Under the pieces are notes generated by a model. The model had not been told where the DNA came from and did no database searches. It saw only the letters and a program-made list of their open reading frames with translations. A stretch of 64,000 bases of DNA, taken from contig CAVUZH010000024.1 in NCBI GenBank assembly GCA_963745835.1, positions 192,001 through 256,000 of the forward strand, read 5' to 3'. Source of the stretch: an uncultured delta proteobacterium. Its GTDB lineage: Bacteria; Desulfobacterota; Binatia; UBA9968. The translations under genes and the position numbers were made by a program. Positions 9,335-21,964 of this stretch are shown one piece after another (within the stretch, counting starts at the first letter, position 1; every line of letters starts with the position of its first letter).

Positions 9335-11894
9335 TCAGAGTTTGATCTCGCCCCGTTTACCACTCTTGACGCTTTCGTAGCGCAGGTCATTGCCATCGGT
9401 CGTGATGATGATGGCGCCGTCTTCTTCGGTGCGGAGAATTTCTGCGCCGGCATCACGATAACGGTCCGCAAGCTCTTGCTTCTGAGCGCGCGCGTTTCTA
9501 GTGGTTCCTGAAATCACCGCTAGCCTGGGTTGCACGGCAGAAATGAATTCCGGTGTGCTCGCCGAAGCGCTGCCGTGACGCGGCACTTTCAAAACCGCGC
9601 TGTTAATCCGGGCCGGTCTTTGCGACAGAAACTGCTCGTCGCGTTTGTCGATGTCTCCGGTGAAAAGCAAGCGCGCTTTACCATAGTGCAGCTGTAGTAC
9701 CACCGAAACGTCGTCGTTTCGATCGGCCGGCGGATAAAGAAAACACAAATTCACTCCTTCAATCGAACGACACGGTGCTTCGTTGGTCAAATTGACCCGC
9801 TGGACCTTGGATCGGTCGAGGATTTCATCCAACTCCTCGAATCGATGCGTTCGTCCCTTGGCGGCGCCGGACCAGAATTGATCCGGGCGTGAACTCTCTG
9901 ACAATCGATGCCATTCCACCATAATGATCGATGCGCGGGTGGCTGACTAAAAGATAATCGACTTTCAGTATCTTGCGAGAGCGGAGATAGGGACCGACAA
10001 TCGCTTCGCCGGTATCGAACTCGCCGGTGGCTGTGCCTCCGGCGTCGATCAGCAAAGTTTTGGCGCCGGGAAACTCGACAACCACCGCATCTCCCTGGCC
10101 GACATTCAGATAAGTCACTCTGAGTTCTTGGCGCGCCCAGCGTTCGCGGGCCCAGTAGGCAACATCCGCCATCAATAGTCGACGAACTCAAACCGACGGC
10201 AATCACGGCGCCGCGGCTTTTCTTGAGCCAGAGTAGAGAAGCAATCAAAAAATACACGAGCGCCAATCTCCCACAGATCCGGCGCGGGTACTGAGATATG
10301 AGCAAACGGAAGGCTAGCAAACCATTCCACCAGCCATCCGGATAACCACAGAAGCCACTCTGTGACCGAGACTAAAGCGGTGACAGAATCCGGCCATGCC
10401 AGAGAGATGAAACTGATCGCAAGCCCCAGCGGCACGACGACAAAGCCAATCAACGGCACGACTACTGGATTGGACACGAATCCGGCCAACGAGAGATGAC
10501 CGAAATAGTGCGCGATCAACGGTCCGGTGCCGATGGTCGCTAGGAGCGGCACAGCCAAGTGCATTCCAATCGAGCGCAGCTTTGGTTTTATCCGGCTTCG
10601 CTCCTGAGGCAAGCGGTCTTTCTCGGGCGCGGCGACAGTCCTAAAAACCTGACGCATTCCCCAGGCGATCGAAAAGACTGCGAGAAACGAAAGCTGAAAG
10701 GAGATGTCGGCGATTACGCCGGGCCAAACCAGCGCTATTAGCAACGCGGCAAACGTCAGACTGGTTAGAACCTCTTCCTCTCGATCCAGCAAGACAGCCA
10801 ATTCATAAACTCCGATCATGATCGCCGAGCGCACCGTCGGCACCATGGCACCGGCCAGCGCGGTGTAGAAAATCACCGCAACAAACGAGCAAAAGGTCGC
10901 AATTTTGATCAGATTGCAGCGCAACAGCAAATAAAGATTGAACGAACCGAGCCAGCGCACGAGCCAAAACACCACCAAACCGAGCATCGCCACATGCAGC
11001 CCGGAGATGGATAAAACGTGATTCACTCCCGCGGCCGTAAAGTCGGAGCGCGTCTTCTTTGAAATTTCTCCCATGTCTCCGACCACCAGCGCCTTCATCA
11101 GGGCGCCGGATTCGGGAGTAAAGTAGCTTTCAATGTAGCGACGGATTTTTCGACGCAGGCTTTCCACCGCGCCACGCAATCGATCCGGCGCGCGCTCCAC
11201 CAACTCGATCTTTTCGTCGCTCTCTAAAAAACCGATGGCATAAATCTGACGTCGCGATAAATACGTGGCGTAATTAAAACCACCAGGATTGCCACTGTCT
11301 TTGGGCACAGTTGGCCGAATCTGCGCGCGGATGCGATCGCCGTAGTGCCACTCACGGCGAAGCTGCCGGACGTTCAACAGCAGATCACCGGAAATTTCCT
11401 CGGCGCCCGTCGAGGTGCCATATCCGTTCGGCGCGCAAATACCACCGGCTCCGGTTCGGCAGTCTTTCGGGTTCGTGCAGCAGCACCCCTTCTAGAAAAA
11501 AATCGTTGTTCTCGTTCATGACCGAGCGAAGGTGATTCGGCGGAAAAGTTGGAAACAACAGCTGGTGATGACGGAAATAGCCCAAAGCAAACATCGATCC
11601 CACTACCATCGCGAGCAGCGCCCGGGCTTGGTAGTTTCTCGTGATCGTACTACGTTCGCTAGTTACATCGCGTCCAGCGATTAGCGTCGTGAGCCATCTC
11701 AGTTTAGCGAGCGGGTCGATGAGGAGGACCAAAGGAACCAACAATAACCACACCAGATCGGCGGAGAGAACGACTGGCGAGGCGGCGGCCAATTGACCCA
11801 GCAAAAGCGAGCCAGTCAGCGCAAACAGCCAAGTTGATGGGCGAATAGCTCTTGGGACCGTTGGCGCGATTTGCTCGGAAGATGGCGCCATCAA
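9335..11894 (-). CDS. comEC: ComEC/Rec2 DNA-uptake competence protein, broken by four apparent +1 frameshifts (~11413, ~10264, ~10180, ~9884)
   Basis: Consecutive ORF pieces give the OB-like domain (NPGGFNY), competence domain (HVLSISGLH, RSAIM, SFQLSF) and metallo-beta-lactamase domain (LNVGQGDA, LLFTGDI, RTEEDGAI). Confidence 0.88.
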
Positions 11895-11901
11895 TCCGCT
11901 T

Positions 11902-13754
11902 TCACTGCAGAGGCGGAGCCGGATGAAATAGTTGCCAGAGTTGCTGGGCGAGCTTTGGGTTCATGCCTGGAACCTGCATTAACTCATCCAGGCTCGCCTG
12001 TTCAACCCCCTTGACGCTGCCGAACGCGCGCAGCAAGGCGCGCCGGCGCGCCGCCCCGATACCGGGAATACGGTCCAAGGCTGAGGAGAGGGTTTGCTTT
12101 GAACGGAGTTTCTTGTGGTGCGTAATCGCGAAACGGTGCGCCTCATCGCGCACCCGCTGCAAGAGGAACAAGGCATTGGAATTACGTCTCAACGTCACCG
12201 GATTACTCTGTCCCGGCAGGAACACGCGCTCCTCGGATCGCTCGATCTCGGCGCTGCGCGGCGCAGATTGCACGCGCATTTTGGCCAGACCGACCACGTC
12301 GACTCCTTCGACTCCGACTTCGCGCATGGCCGCCAACGCCATCGCCAATTGGCCTTTGCCGCCGTCGACCACCACCAGGTTGGGCATCTCTTCCTCTCGC
12401 TTGCCGCGTGTAAAGCGGCGTTTCAGAACTTCCAACATCATGCCGAAATCGTCGCCACCGCCGGACGCGTCGATGGTGCGAATTCGATAATGACGGTAGT
12501 GCGCCTTGTCGGGTTCGCCGCCGATGAACGTAACCTGAGAGCCGACCGCATTTGCGCCGTGAATCATCGAGATATCAAAGCACTCGATCCGATGCGGGTA
12601 GCGCTTCAAGCGCAGCTGCGCCTGTAATTCTTGAAGCATCTTCTCACGGGCTTTCTCCTGATCGTGACGTTCAGTAAAGCTCTGCCGGGCATTCTGCTGC
12701 GCCATTTCGACCAGCTTGCGCTTGTCACCCTTCTGCGGCACGTGAATGCTCACGTTCTTGCCTTTGCGCTCGCTCAGATACTCGGCCCGGGTATCCCGAT
12801 CTTCCAATTCCACGGGCAGCAAGATTTCGTCTGGCATGAAGCGTTGTCCCTGGTAGAACTGCGTCAGCAGCGAGCCCATGATTTCCTCATCGGAAAAATC
12901 CAAATCTTCCAATGCATAAGCTTGCGTCCCGGTCAGTTTCCCTTGGCGCACGAAGAGCACCTGAGCCTCGATATAACCGCCTTCGCGGTAAAGGCCGAAA
13001 ATATCCTGATCCGCGCCCCAATGAGAAACCATTCGCTGTTTTTCGAGAGTTTTCTCGACCGCCTGGATCTGATCGCGGATCTTAGCCGCCGATTCAAATT
13101 CCATTGCCTCGGCTTTGGCCGCCATGCGCTGCCGGAGTTCCGCCAGCAATTCGTGTTGCCGCCCTTCGATAAACAAGCTTGCCTGGCGGACCTGCTCGCG
13201 GTACTCCTCGGATCAACTGCCAGGACGCACGGCGCCAAACAACGCTTGATTTCATACTGTAAGCAGGGCCGGCTGCGATTCTTAAAATTGTGATCCGTGC
13301 AGTTACGCAAAAGAAAATGCTTCTCGATGATGTCTACGGTTTCACGCGCGGCCACCGCGGACGAGAACGGACCGAAGTAGCGGCTGCCATCTTTGACGAT
13401 CTTGCGGGTGGTGAAAATACGCGGCCATACGTCCCGGGTGGTAACCTTGATGCTCAAATAGCTCTTGTCGTCCTTGAGACGAATGTTGTAACGCGGTTTG
13501 TATTGCTTGATCAGATTGTTTTCAAGAATCAGAGCTTCCTTGTCATTGCTGGTGACCAGAGTCTCGAGATCTCCGACCCGCCTGAGTAGGAATTCAATCT
13601 GTGAACGTCCATCGCTGCGATTGAAGTACGATCTCACCCGCGCGCGCAAGTCCTTGGCTTTGCCGACATAGATCACCTTTCCTGCCTCGTCGCGCATCAG
13701 ATAGACCCCCGGACGAGACGGAAGGTTGGTCACTTTTTCATCCACGGAAAGCAT
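11902..13754 (-). CDS. uvrC: Excinuclease ABC subunit C; one apparent 1-nt deletion near 13210
   Basis: GIY-YIG (GVYLM...IYVGKAKDLR), RIECFDIS, VDGGKGQL, RDEAHRFA and HhH motifs across two ORFs. Confidence 0.93.
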
Positions 13755-13770
13755 CGATTTCAGTATATCA
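13755..13770 (-). promoter_or_regulatory. Extended -10 promoter (TGaTATACT) 7 nt upstream of the uvrC ATG; candidate leaderless
   Basis: Minus strand reads TG-A-TATACT-gaaatcg-ATG; no SD. Confidence 0.6.
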
Positions 13771-13977
13771 GTTGGTCCCGCTGCCGGGCGACAACTGCGC
13801 CCAACGCGGTCATTTAGCTCGATCCGTCAACGTCTTCATTCGCCGGCGTTGCTTTGCAGCAGAAGTTGATGCAGCCGGAAATTCTAACGGGTGCGGATGA
13901 TTGAACGACGCGGCGTTACCGGCAGACCGCGCACACGCCATCGTTTGGCGCGCGTTTAGAAATCGCCGGGATTGCCT

Positions 13978-16017
<2,040 letters not shown>

Positions 16018-16033
16018 CGCCAACAAAATACCA
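16018..16033 (-). promoter_or_regulatory. Extended -10 promoter (TGgTATTTT) 7 nt upstream of the uvrB ATG; candidate leaderless
   Basis: Minus strand reads TG-G-TATTTT-gttggcg-ATG; no SD. Confidence 0.5.
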
Positions 16034-16050
16034 ATTACATCAGGCCGCTG

Positions 16051-16412
16051 CTACCGGCCTTGGGTTCCATGAGCGCCGTAGAGTTTGTCGATATAACCGC
16101 TTTTGTCGATTTCGCTGAGGACGCGCGCATCGATGAAATCAGCAGGTCGATACTGCGCAAACTTGGGTTGCCCTTCCGCCAGATGATCGAGCACTGCCTG
16201 AACGGCGCTCTCCACGGCATAAGGCTTGGCCGGCATCTTCGCGGCATATTCCCAGGATTCTTCCAGCGCCTCGCGATCGCCGGTGCCGAGGAACTTGCCG
16301 AGAATGCGCACAGTATCTTCCTTGCGGGTCTTAAACAGATGGACGCCTTTGACGATCGCTCGCACGGCCCGAGTTGCCAGGGCCGGATTTTTTTGAACCA
16401 GCGAGCGCCGCC
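16051..16412 (-). pseudogene. C-terminal fragment of an NMT1-like substrate-binding protein
   Basis: RRSLVQKNPALATRAVRAIVKG...PADFIDARVLSEIDKSGYIDKLY parallels the C-terminus of the 4221..5231 protein; no N-terminal part, in-frame stop just upstream. Confidence 0.7.
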
Positions 16413-16493
16413 AGTGCCTAGCGGCTTAGATCTGGGGAGTTGTGCAGTGAATGCGCCAGCCCAAAATCGGCAAAAGTGTAGGAAGTCCAAGAT

Positions 16494-16760
16494 CTAGCCG
16501 CGCGGGCCGCGCCAAGGTTTTTCAAAGCTATCCCCATTGACGGTAACTAACCGGCCCGGCTGCTGGAACATGACTTTGGCGATGGAGGGTGAAATCGGTT
16601 TGCCAAACAGGCAATACTCATGTCCGTCCTGGCGACGCGCATTGGCCCAAGCGGCGAATTCATCGGGGCTCGGCGTATGCCCGATATCGGCCGCGCAACG
16701 GCGCACGATGAAGCCCAGCATCATCTTCGGCGCGCCGTTCTTGGGATTCCGTAACGTCAT
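16494..16760 (-). CDS. Hypothetical protein (88 aa)
   Basis: Protein-like composition, ATG start with a good sigma70-like promoter directly upstream; no family recognised. Confidence 0.6.
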   Translation of the reverse strand: MTLRNPKNGAPKMMLGFIVRRCAADIGHTPSPDEFAAWANARRQDGHEYCLFGKPISPSIAKVMFQQPGRLVTVNGDSFEKPWRGPRG

Positions 16761-16796
16761 TGATTACTCTATAAAAGATCTGGTTGTTTGTTGCAA
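16761..16796 (-). promoter_or_regulatory. Sigma70-like promoter TTGCAA-N17-TATAGA, 7 nt before ATG 16760
   Basis: Spacing counted directly on the minus strand. Confidence 0.5.
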
Positions 16797-17112
16797 GAAA
16801 GTTCTACTAGTGCGCGTAAGTTTTTCGTTCAACGATTTCTTTTGGACCAAATTCCGCGGTTGAGAAAGATCGAGGGGCATACTGAAAGATCGAAATTGCC
16901 GAGGTTCAGTTCAAACTATTTTTGGCGCTGGATCGCCGCCTTCATGTGCTTGAGCTAGTTACGATCCCAATTAGATTTGCTCCTCGGTCGAAGACAGAAA
17001 AGGATTCTCTTCGTGCGGAAGATTTGCTCCTCGCCACTACTTTCCGGTCAACTTTTAATCCGGGCTGAACGCAAATCACATCTGAAGATGTGCTGATCTA
17101 CTCCATCAAAGC

Positions 17113-17146
17113 AAAACGGCGGGTAACAATTCCGTTAACCCGCCGT
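17113..17146 (-). terminator. Intrinsic terminator downstream of the bicupin gene
   Basis: Stem ACGGCGGGT / ACCCGCCGT followed by a T run on the minus strand. Confidence 0.65.
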
Positions 17147-17169
17147 CTAGTGCTGTTATTTGATTATTC

Positions 17170-18108
17170 TCAGTCGTCCATGTGAGTGGTCGCCTTCAAG
17201 TGTTTGTCCACGGTGGTGTAGCCTTTCTTCCATTGATCGACGAACCAATAGCGAACACCGAACTCGAAGCGGAGCTCTTTCATATCCCTGTCGAAGGGAT
17301 TGAAATGTTGATGATGCAACATGCCGGGAGGCACATGGACGGCATCGCCCTGATTCCAATCATAACGTTTGCCGCCGATCTCAGAATAGCCGTCGCCTTC
17401 CAGTGCATACAGGTAGGCTTCCGGATGAGCATGGCTGTGACTTTTGGTGTGCGGCAGATCGACAAAGATCGAGCTGATTGCCACACCCGTAGCCCGGAAT
17501 CCGTTCTGCTTACCGCTTCGGCCCATCAAAAAATAAGTCGCGCCGTGTTTCGACTCGCCGGATTTCTCGTGTTGTTGCTGGTGCATTGAGATACGCCGGC
17601 TGTCCTCAGGCCAGTACTGCGACTCTTCTTTAGGGAAGTTCGCTAAAATTTTCGGATCATTCTCGCCGCATTCTTCGAGTTGCTCCAACTTTCCCATGTA
17701 AACGTCAGCTTCCAGGTGCCAAGCTAGCCCTGAAAGGTAACCCACGGGCGCGTTTCCGGTATTGAAGAGCTGATGCGGTGAACGGTAGGGAATGTGCAAA
17801 ATCGTTCCCGGTAAGAAGTCGTAACGTTTTTCATCCAAAATCAGAAAGCCTTCGCCGCTCTCGACGTAGATCGCCTCTTCGCCATGAAAGTGTTTGCCGG
17901 TATGCCAGCCTACCGGAATCTCGGCTCGCATGAGACAGCTGCCGCCGGTAGGGAAGCCGGTCTCTGGAGCAATCATCAAGGCAGCCTTATAGTCCTGCGG
18001 CGTGCGCACCCATTTGAGGTCTTTGGATTTGGCTACCCGCGGTGCGTCGTCAACCTTCTTCTGATTGCTTTTAGACCGTTCTAACCACGCGCTGTAGAAG
18101 TCGCTCAT
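17170..18108 (-). CDS. Bicupin (two cupin domains), possible dioxygenase
   Basis: HFHGEEAIY...HQLFN and HAHPEAYLY...HQHFN cupin metal motifs; AGGAGG SD. Confidence 0.82.
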   Translation of the reverse strand: MSDFYSAWLERSKSNQKKVDDAPRVAKSKDLKWVRTPQDYKAALMIAPETGFPTGGSCLMRAEIPVGWHTGKHFHGEEAIYVESGEGFLILDEKRYDFLPGTILHIPYRSPHQLFNTGNAPVGYLSGLAWHLEADVYMGKLEQLEECGENDPKILANFPKEESQYWPEDSRRISMHQQQHEKSGESKHGATYFLMGRSGKQNGFRATGVAISSIFVDLPHTKSHSHAHPEAYLYALEGDGYSEIGGKRYDWNQGDAVHVPPGMLHHQHFNPFDRDMKELRFEFGVRYWFVDQWKKGYTTVDKHLKATTHMDD

Positions 18109-18554
18109 TATTCCTCCTGCTCATAAGATTCGTTCGGTTATTCCTTCTTTACCTAACGAAGGGGTACTTTTTTGTCAAATTGGCGCCAGGCTAGCGCATG
18201 CGTGGGCGGCACTTCGTCAGCCCTCGTCGAGGTGAGTTAATCACTCCGACTGGAAAGCTTTTATCCGGCGCGCACTAATAATTGGTTATCAGTTCCTCTG
18301 GGGGCTGGTGGGAGCTTGAAAAAGCCTCCATAAAACACTGGACCAAAACCGACGCTAAATCCTAAGACAGTTCATGCACTTCCGCAGCGCTGACACACGG
18401 CTACGCCACGCAGCAGAGAAATTCCGAGACTATGCTGCTGACTCTGAGAGCTGTCTGTTTCGATCAAGGATTGAGCCAAAACAATTGAGCAGTTTTAGCT
18501 ACATGGATTTTCCATGCCCTTTGGCTACTTGTACTCAGTGTCACCCGATGTCGT

Positions 18555-18917
18555 CTACACTTTCCAGCCCGGCGAAAGATCGACCCGGGTGCCGACCGGG
18601 TCGAGCACAAAGGTTTCAGCGAACCGCCCATCTTTTGGTAGCTCGGCGGTGCCGCCTGTGGCCCCCGCCGCCAGAGCGGTTTCGACCGCGCCCTTCACAT
18701 CGTCCACTGCAATACCGAAATGATAGATGCCCTCGCGCCGGTTGCGCGCCGGCAAAATCGCCAGATTGATGTGTCCGTCGGACACATAGATGGCTCTACC
18801 ATGCTCGCCGCCTTCGCCGCTGCGTGCGACTTCTTTCATGCCGAAGGACGTCTTATAGAACTCCGCCAATTTCTCCGTATCTTTTGTCAGAAGCGCAATG
18901 TGTGCGATACGTGCCAT
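18555..18917 (-). CDS. VOC / glyoxalase family protein
   Basis: RIAHIAL, FYKTSFGM, IYHFGIAVDD and DPVG motifs. Confidence 0.88.
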   Translation of the reverse strand: MARIAHIALLTKDTEKLAEFYKTSFGMKEVARSGEGGEHGRAIYVSDGHINLAILPARNRREGIYHFGIAVDDVKGAVETALAAGATGGTAELPKDGRFAETFVLDPVGTRVDLSPGWKV

Positions 18918-19313
18918 GATTTGTCTCCTTATCCCTTCAGAATTTCTCCAACCCTAATTTTGCCTGTGATTTCTGAACCGCCAATCTCTCCTTTTAGCAG
19001 CTTTACCCAAAATAATCGTTACTATCTGCCGCTTCTAAGACATCCCATCCCTTTGCCGACTGTCAAGTTCGTCCAATACCAAGTTAGGTGTGAAGTTGTT
19101 GAACGTTTCAAAGGAGAGATCGATACGAGCAAATTCCCGTTTGCTGAACTACGTTTAATAAAAATCAGTCCACCGAATACTTTTGCTATCTCGGTCGTAT
19201 CATCAGTTGAGGTGTAGAGTAATGGGGTGCTTTGGCTCTCAGTTGGATCGATGTATGATTAAGAAGTTCCATCAATTCACCCAACTTCGAGAGACAACTC
19301 GAATCACAACTCT

Positions 19314-19871
19314 ATGCCTGTTGCATGGCCCGAGAAAGACGATGAAGCGCTCCTTACGCTTATCCAAGATGGCAGCCAACAGGCTTTCAGTGTTCTCGTG
19401 CAGCGACACACAGAGCGATTCTATCGGCTCGCTTACCGCTATCTACAAAATAAGGAGGCCGCCGAAGACGTCGTACAGGATGCTTTCGTTAAATTGTGGG
19501 AAGATCCCGGCAAGTGGCAAGCGGAGCGAAACAACAAATTCACCACCTGGTTTTATCGGGTCGTGGTTAATCTATGTCTCGACTGGCAGAAACGGAAGAA
19601 ACCGCTCGAGCTTGGTGACCAGGAGCTTACGATCGCCGATGATCGAGAATCACCCGACATCGCGATCTTACATGCCGAGAAACAGAAAATACTTGAGAAA
19701 GAAATCGCCGCTCTGCCGGAGCGGCAGAGAACTGCATTGAATCTCTGTTTTGATGAAGGATTGAGCAACCACGAAGCCGCCGAAGTGATGGGGCTCAAGT
19801 TAAAGGCTTTGCAATCGCTGGTTATGCGCGCCAAGACGACGCTTAAAGAACGCCTGAAAAATTACTTGTGA
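19314..19871 (+). CDS. ECF RNA polymerase sigma factor
   Basis: AEDVVQDAF and FTTWFYRVVVNLCLD (region 2); LPERQR...EAAEVMG (region 4). Confidence 0.93.
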   Translation: MPVAWPEKDDEALLTLIQDGSQQAFSVLVQRHTERFYRLAYRYLQNKEAAEDVVQDAFVKLWEDPGKWQAERNNKFTTWFYRVVVNLCLDWQKRKKPLELGDQELTIADDRESPDIAILHAEKQKILEKEIAALPERQRTALNLCFDEGLSNHEAAEVMGLKLKALQSLVMRAKTTLKERLKNYL

Positions 19872-19879
19872 GGTTTACT

Positions 19880-20191
19880 ATGGCTACCCACCCAGATGAA
19901 AAAATCGACGAGATGCTTAAAACGCGCCGGATCCAGGCCCCTAGCCCAGACCTTGCGCAGCGGATCATCTTAAAGGCGCAGATGACGCCTCAGGCGCAGG
20001 TATTTTCGTTGGCGCGATGGATCAAGCAAACCTTCGCCGAACTGCATTTACCGAATCCGGCCTATGTCCTGGCGGGCACGTTGATGATGGGTTTTGTCCT
20101 TGGGTTGAATGTCCCGTCGGACACGGCACCCGAAAATGCCGACGCCGTTCAGGCGCTTAGTTTTCTCGATCCGGACGAAGGACTTATATGA
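19880..20191 (+). CDS. Putative single-pass membrane anti-sigma factor
   Basis: Directly follows the ECF sigma; PSPDLAQRII N-terminal motif and one TM helix. Confidence 0.65.
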   Translation: MATHPDEKIDEMLKTRRIQAPSPDLAQRIILKAQMTPQAQVFSLARWIKQTFAELHLPNPAYVLAGTLMMGFVLGLNVPSDTAPENADAVQALSFLDPDEGLI

Positions 20192-20622
20192 ACACGAAAC
20201 TAAAAATCGCCTTTATCGTGTCGATAATATTGAATGTTTTGTTACTGGGCATTTTCTTCGGTACGTTGAGCCCCGGCTTCGGCCGGGAGAGTTCACGGCG
20301 AGAGCGTCTCACCGCCGAAATCGAAAAACTGCCGGAACCGGCACGCAGCCGATTTCGCGACAAAATGGCTCAGCTTCGCGCCGCGGATGATCCTTTGCGC
20401 GAGCAGATGCGCCAGGCCCGCAATCAAGCGATCGACCTTCTGGTTGCTGAGCCTTTGGATGAAGCCGCATACGACAAGCAGCTAATCCAGATCAGCCAAT
20501 TGCGTGGACAAATATCGAAACGTGTGGCTGACGATCTCAAAGAGCTCGTCAGAGGATTACCGCCAGCGCAGCGCGCCACTGTCGGTGAGCTGCTCAAACG
20601 GCCACCGCCGCCACCCAGGTGA
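20188..20622 (+). CDS. Periplasmic heavy-metal-resistance / Spy-CpxP-like helical protein
   Basis: N-terminal TM anchor (SIILNVLLLG), helical body, LPPAQR C-terminal motif; ATGA overlap with the upstream gene. Confidence 0.75.
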   Translation: MNTKLKIAFIVSIILNVLLLGIFFGTLSPGFGRESSRRERLTAEIEKLPEPARSRFRDKMAQLRAADDPLREQMRQARNQAIDLLVAEPLDEAAYDKQLIQISQLRGQISKRVADDLKELVRGLPPAQRATVGELLKRPPPPPR

Positions 20623-20645
20623 CCCCCGTTACTTAAAATTGACAC

Positions 20646-20676
20646 AAAAGCGCTGGTCTTACCGGCGCTTTTTTTT
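20646..20676 (+). terminator. Intrinsic terminator between the ECF trio and macA
   Basis: AAAAGCGCTGGT-ctt-ACCGGCGCTTTT followed by further T residues. Confidence 0.8.
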
Positions 20677-20743
20677 GCCTGAACGGCGGAGACAAAGGGT
20701 TCCTGGTTCGTATCACGATAAGGACAACGAAAGGCAACACACT

Positions 20744-21964
20744 ATGAATTGGAAAAAAGCAATCAAACAGCGGCCCAAGAAGCTGGTCAGTTTATTTGCT
20801 CTAGCCGGGTTGATCGCCGGCGGCTGGTACTGGTATGCCAGCGCGGCACGCCAGCCGGAGCAAAACGCTCAGCAACCGATCACGATTACCCGTGGGACGA
20901 TTCAGGAAGTGGTCACGGCGCAAGGTAAACTTGAAGCGAAGCAATACGTTGACGTCGGCACGCAGGTGTCCGGTCAGATTAAAAAACTTCACGTCGATAT
21001 CGGCGATACGGTGAAGCAAGGCCAACTACTTGCAGAGCTCGATCCGCGGGTGTATCAGGCGCAAGTCGAAGCCAACGAAGCCCGGCTGAACAGCCTGAGA
21101 GCTCAGCTCAATCAGCAGAAAGCTCAGCTGACTTTGGCGGAGCAAAACTTCAAACGAAATCGCGATTTGTTCGGCGTCAACGCCGTCAGCCAGCAGGCCC
21201 TCCAGGAATCCGAAACAGAAGCGGCCGTTGCGAGAGCGCAGGTCGCATCGATTCAGGCACAAATTCAGGAAACCGAATCAAACATCAGGGGCAATCAGAC
21301 CAATCTTAGCTTTACCAAAATTTACGCTCCCATGGCCGGCACCGTGACGACTCGACCCGCGCGGGAAGGCCAGACCTTAAACGCCAACCAGAGCGCGCCG
21401 ACGATTCTGCAGATCGCTAATCTCGACACGATGACCGTGCGGGCGCAGGTCGCCGAAGCGGACGTCACAAAGCTAAAGGAAGGCATGCCTGTTTATTTCA
21501 CAACCCTCGGAAATACCGAACACCGTTGGCAGGGCACGGTGCGCCAGATTCTTCCTGCGCCGCAGATCGTCAATGAAGTCGTGCTTTACGATGTCTTGAT
21601 CGACGTCAAGAACGACGGCCGCCAGCTCATGACCGGCATGACGACACAGGTGTTTTTCATCTTCGGCAAAGCCGAAAATGTCACGATAGCTCCCGCCGAA
21701 GTGCTAACCCGCCGGCTCACCGAGCACGACAATGAGTCGGGCAAGGCGTACAGGGTCACCGTCGTTACCGAGAAAGGGCGCGAGCAACGCATCATCCATG
21801 TCGGTCTGCAGACGCGCACGCAGGCGGAAGTCATCGCCGGTCTGGAGCCAGGCGAACGTATCCTAGTCAGCCGTCCCCAAGGACAGGGCACCGCAACGGC
21901 CCAGAATAATCGTGCGCGCGCTGGCAGCAATGCGCCTCGACTTAACCGGGGGCCGCAGCTATGA
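20744..21964 (+). CDS. macA: MacA-like periplasmic adaptor (membrane fusion protein)
   Basis: TM anchor; VDVGTQVSGQI, coiled hairpin, IYAPMAG and GQTLNANQSAP motifs. Confidence 0.9.
   Translation: MNWKKAIKQRPKKLVSLFALAGLIAGGWYWYASAARQPEQNAQQPITITRGTIQEVVTAQGKLEAKQYVDVGTQVSGQIKKLHVDIGDTVKQGQLLAELDPRVYQAQVEANEARLNSLRAQLNQQKAQLTLAEQNFKRNRDLFGVNAVSQQALQESETEAAVARAQVASIQAQIQETESNIRGNQTNLSFTKIYAPMAGTVTTRPAREGQTLNANQSAPTILQIANLDTMTVRAQVAEADVTKLKEGMPVYFTTLGNTEHRWQGTVRQILPAPQIVNEVVLYDVLIDVKNDGRQLMTGMTTQVFFIFGKAENVTIAPAEVLTRRLTEHDNESGKAYRVTVVTEKGREQRIIHVGLQTRTQAEVIAGLEPGERILVSRPQGQGTATAQNNRARAGSNAPRLNRGPQL

Noticed and set aside
9335-13754. Programmed frameshifting or true pseudogenisation of comEC and uvrC
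   Set aside because: No slippery heptamers noted, no nonsense codons, and the same error pattern occurs in many unrelated genes; sequencing error is more parsimonious.
18984-19120. 11-bp inverted repeat ATCTCTCCTTT / AAAGGAGAGAT as MITE ends
   Set aside because: Single short pair, no target-site duplication and no second copy seen.
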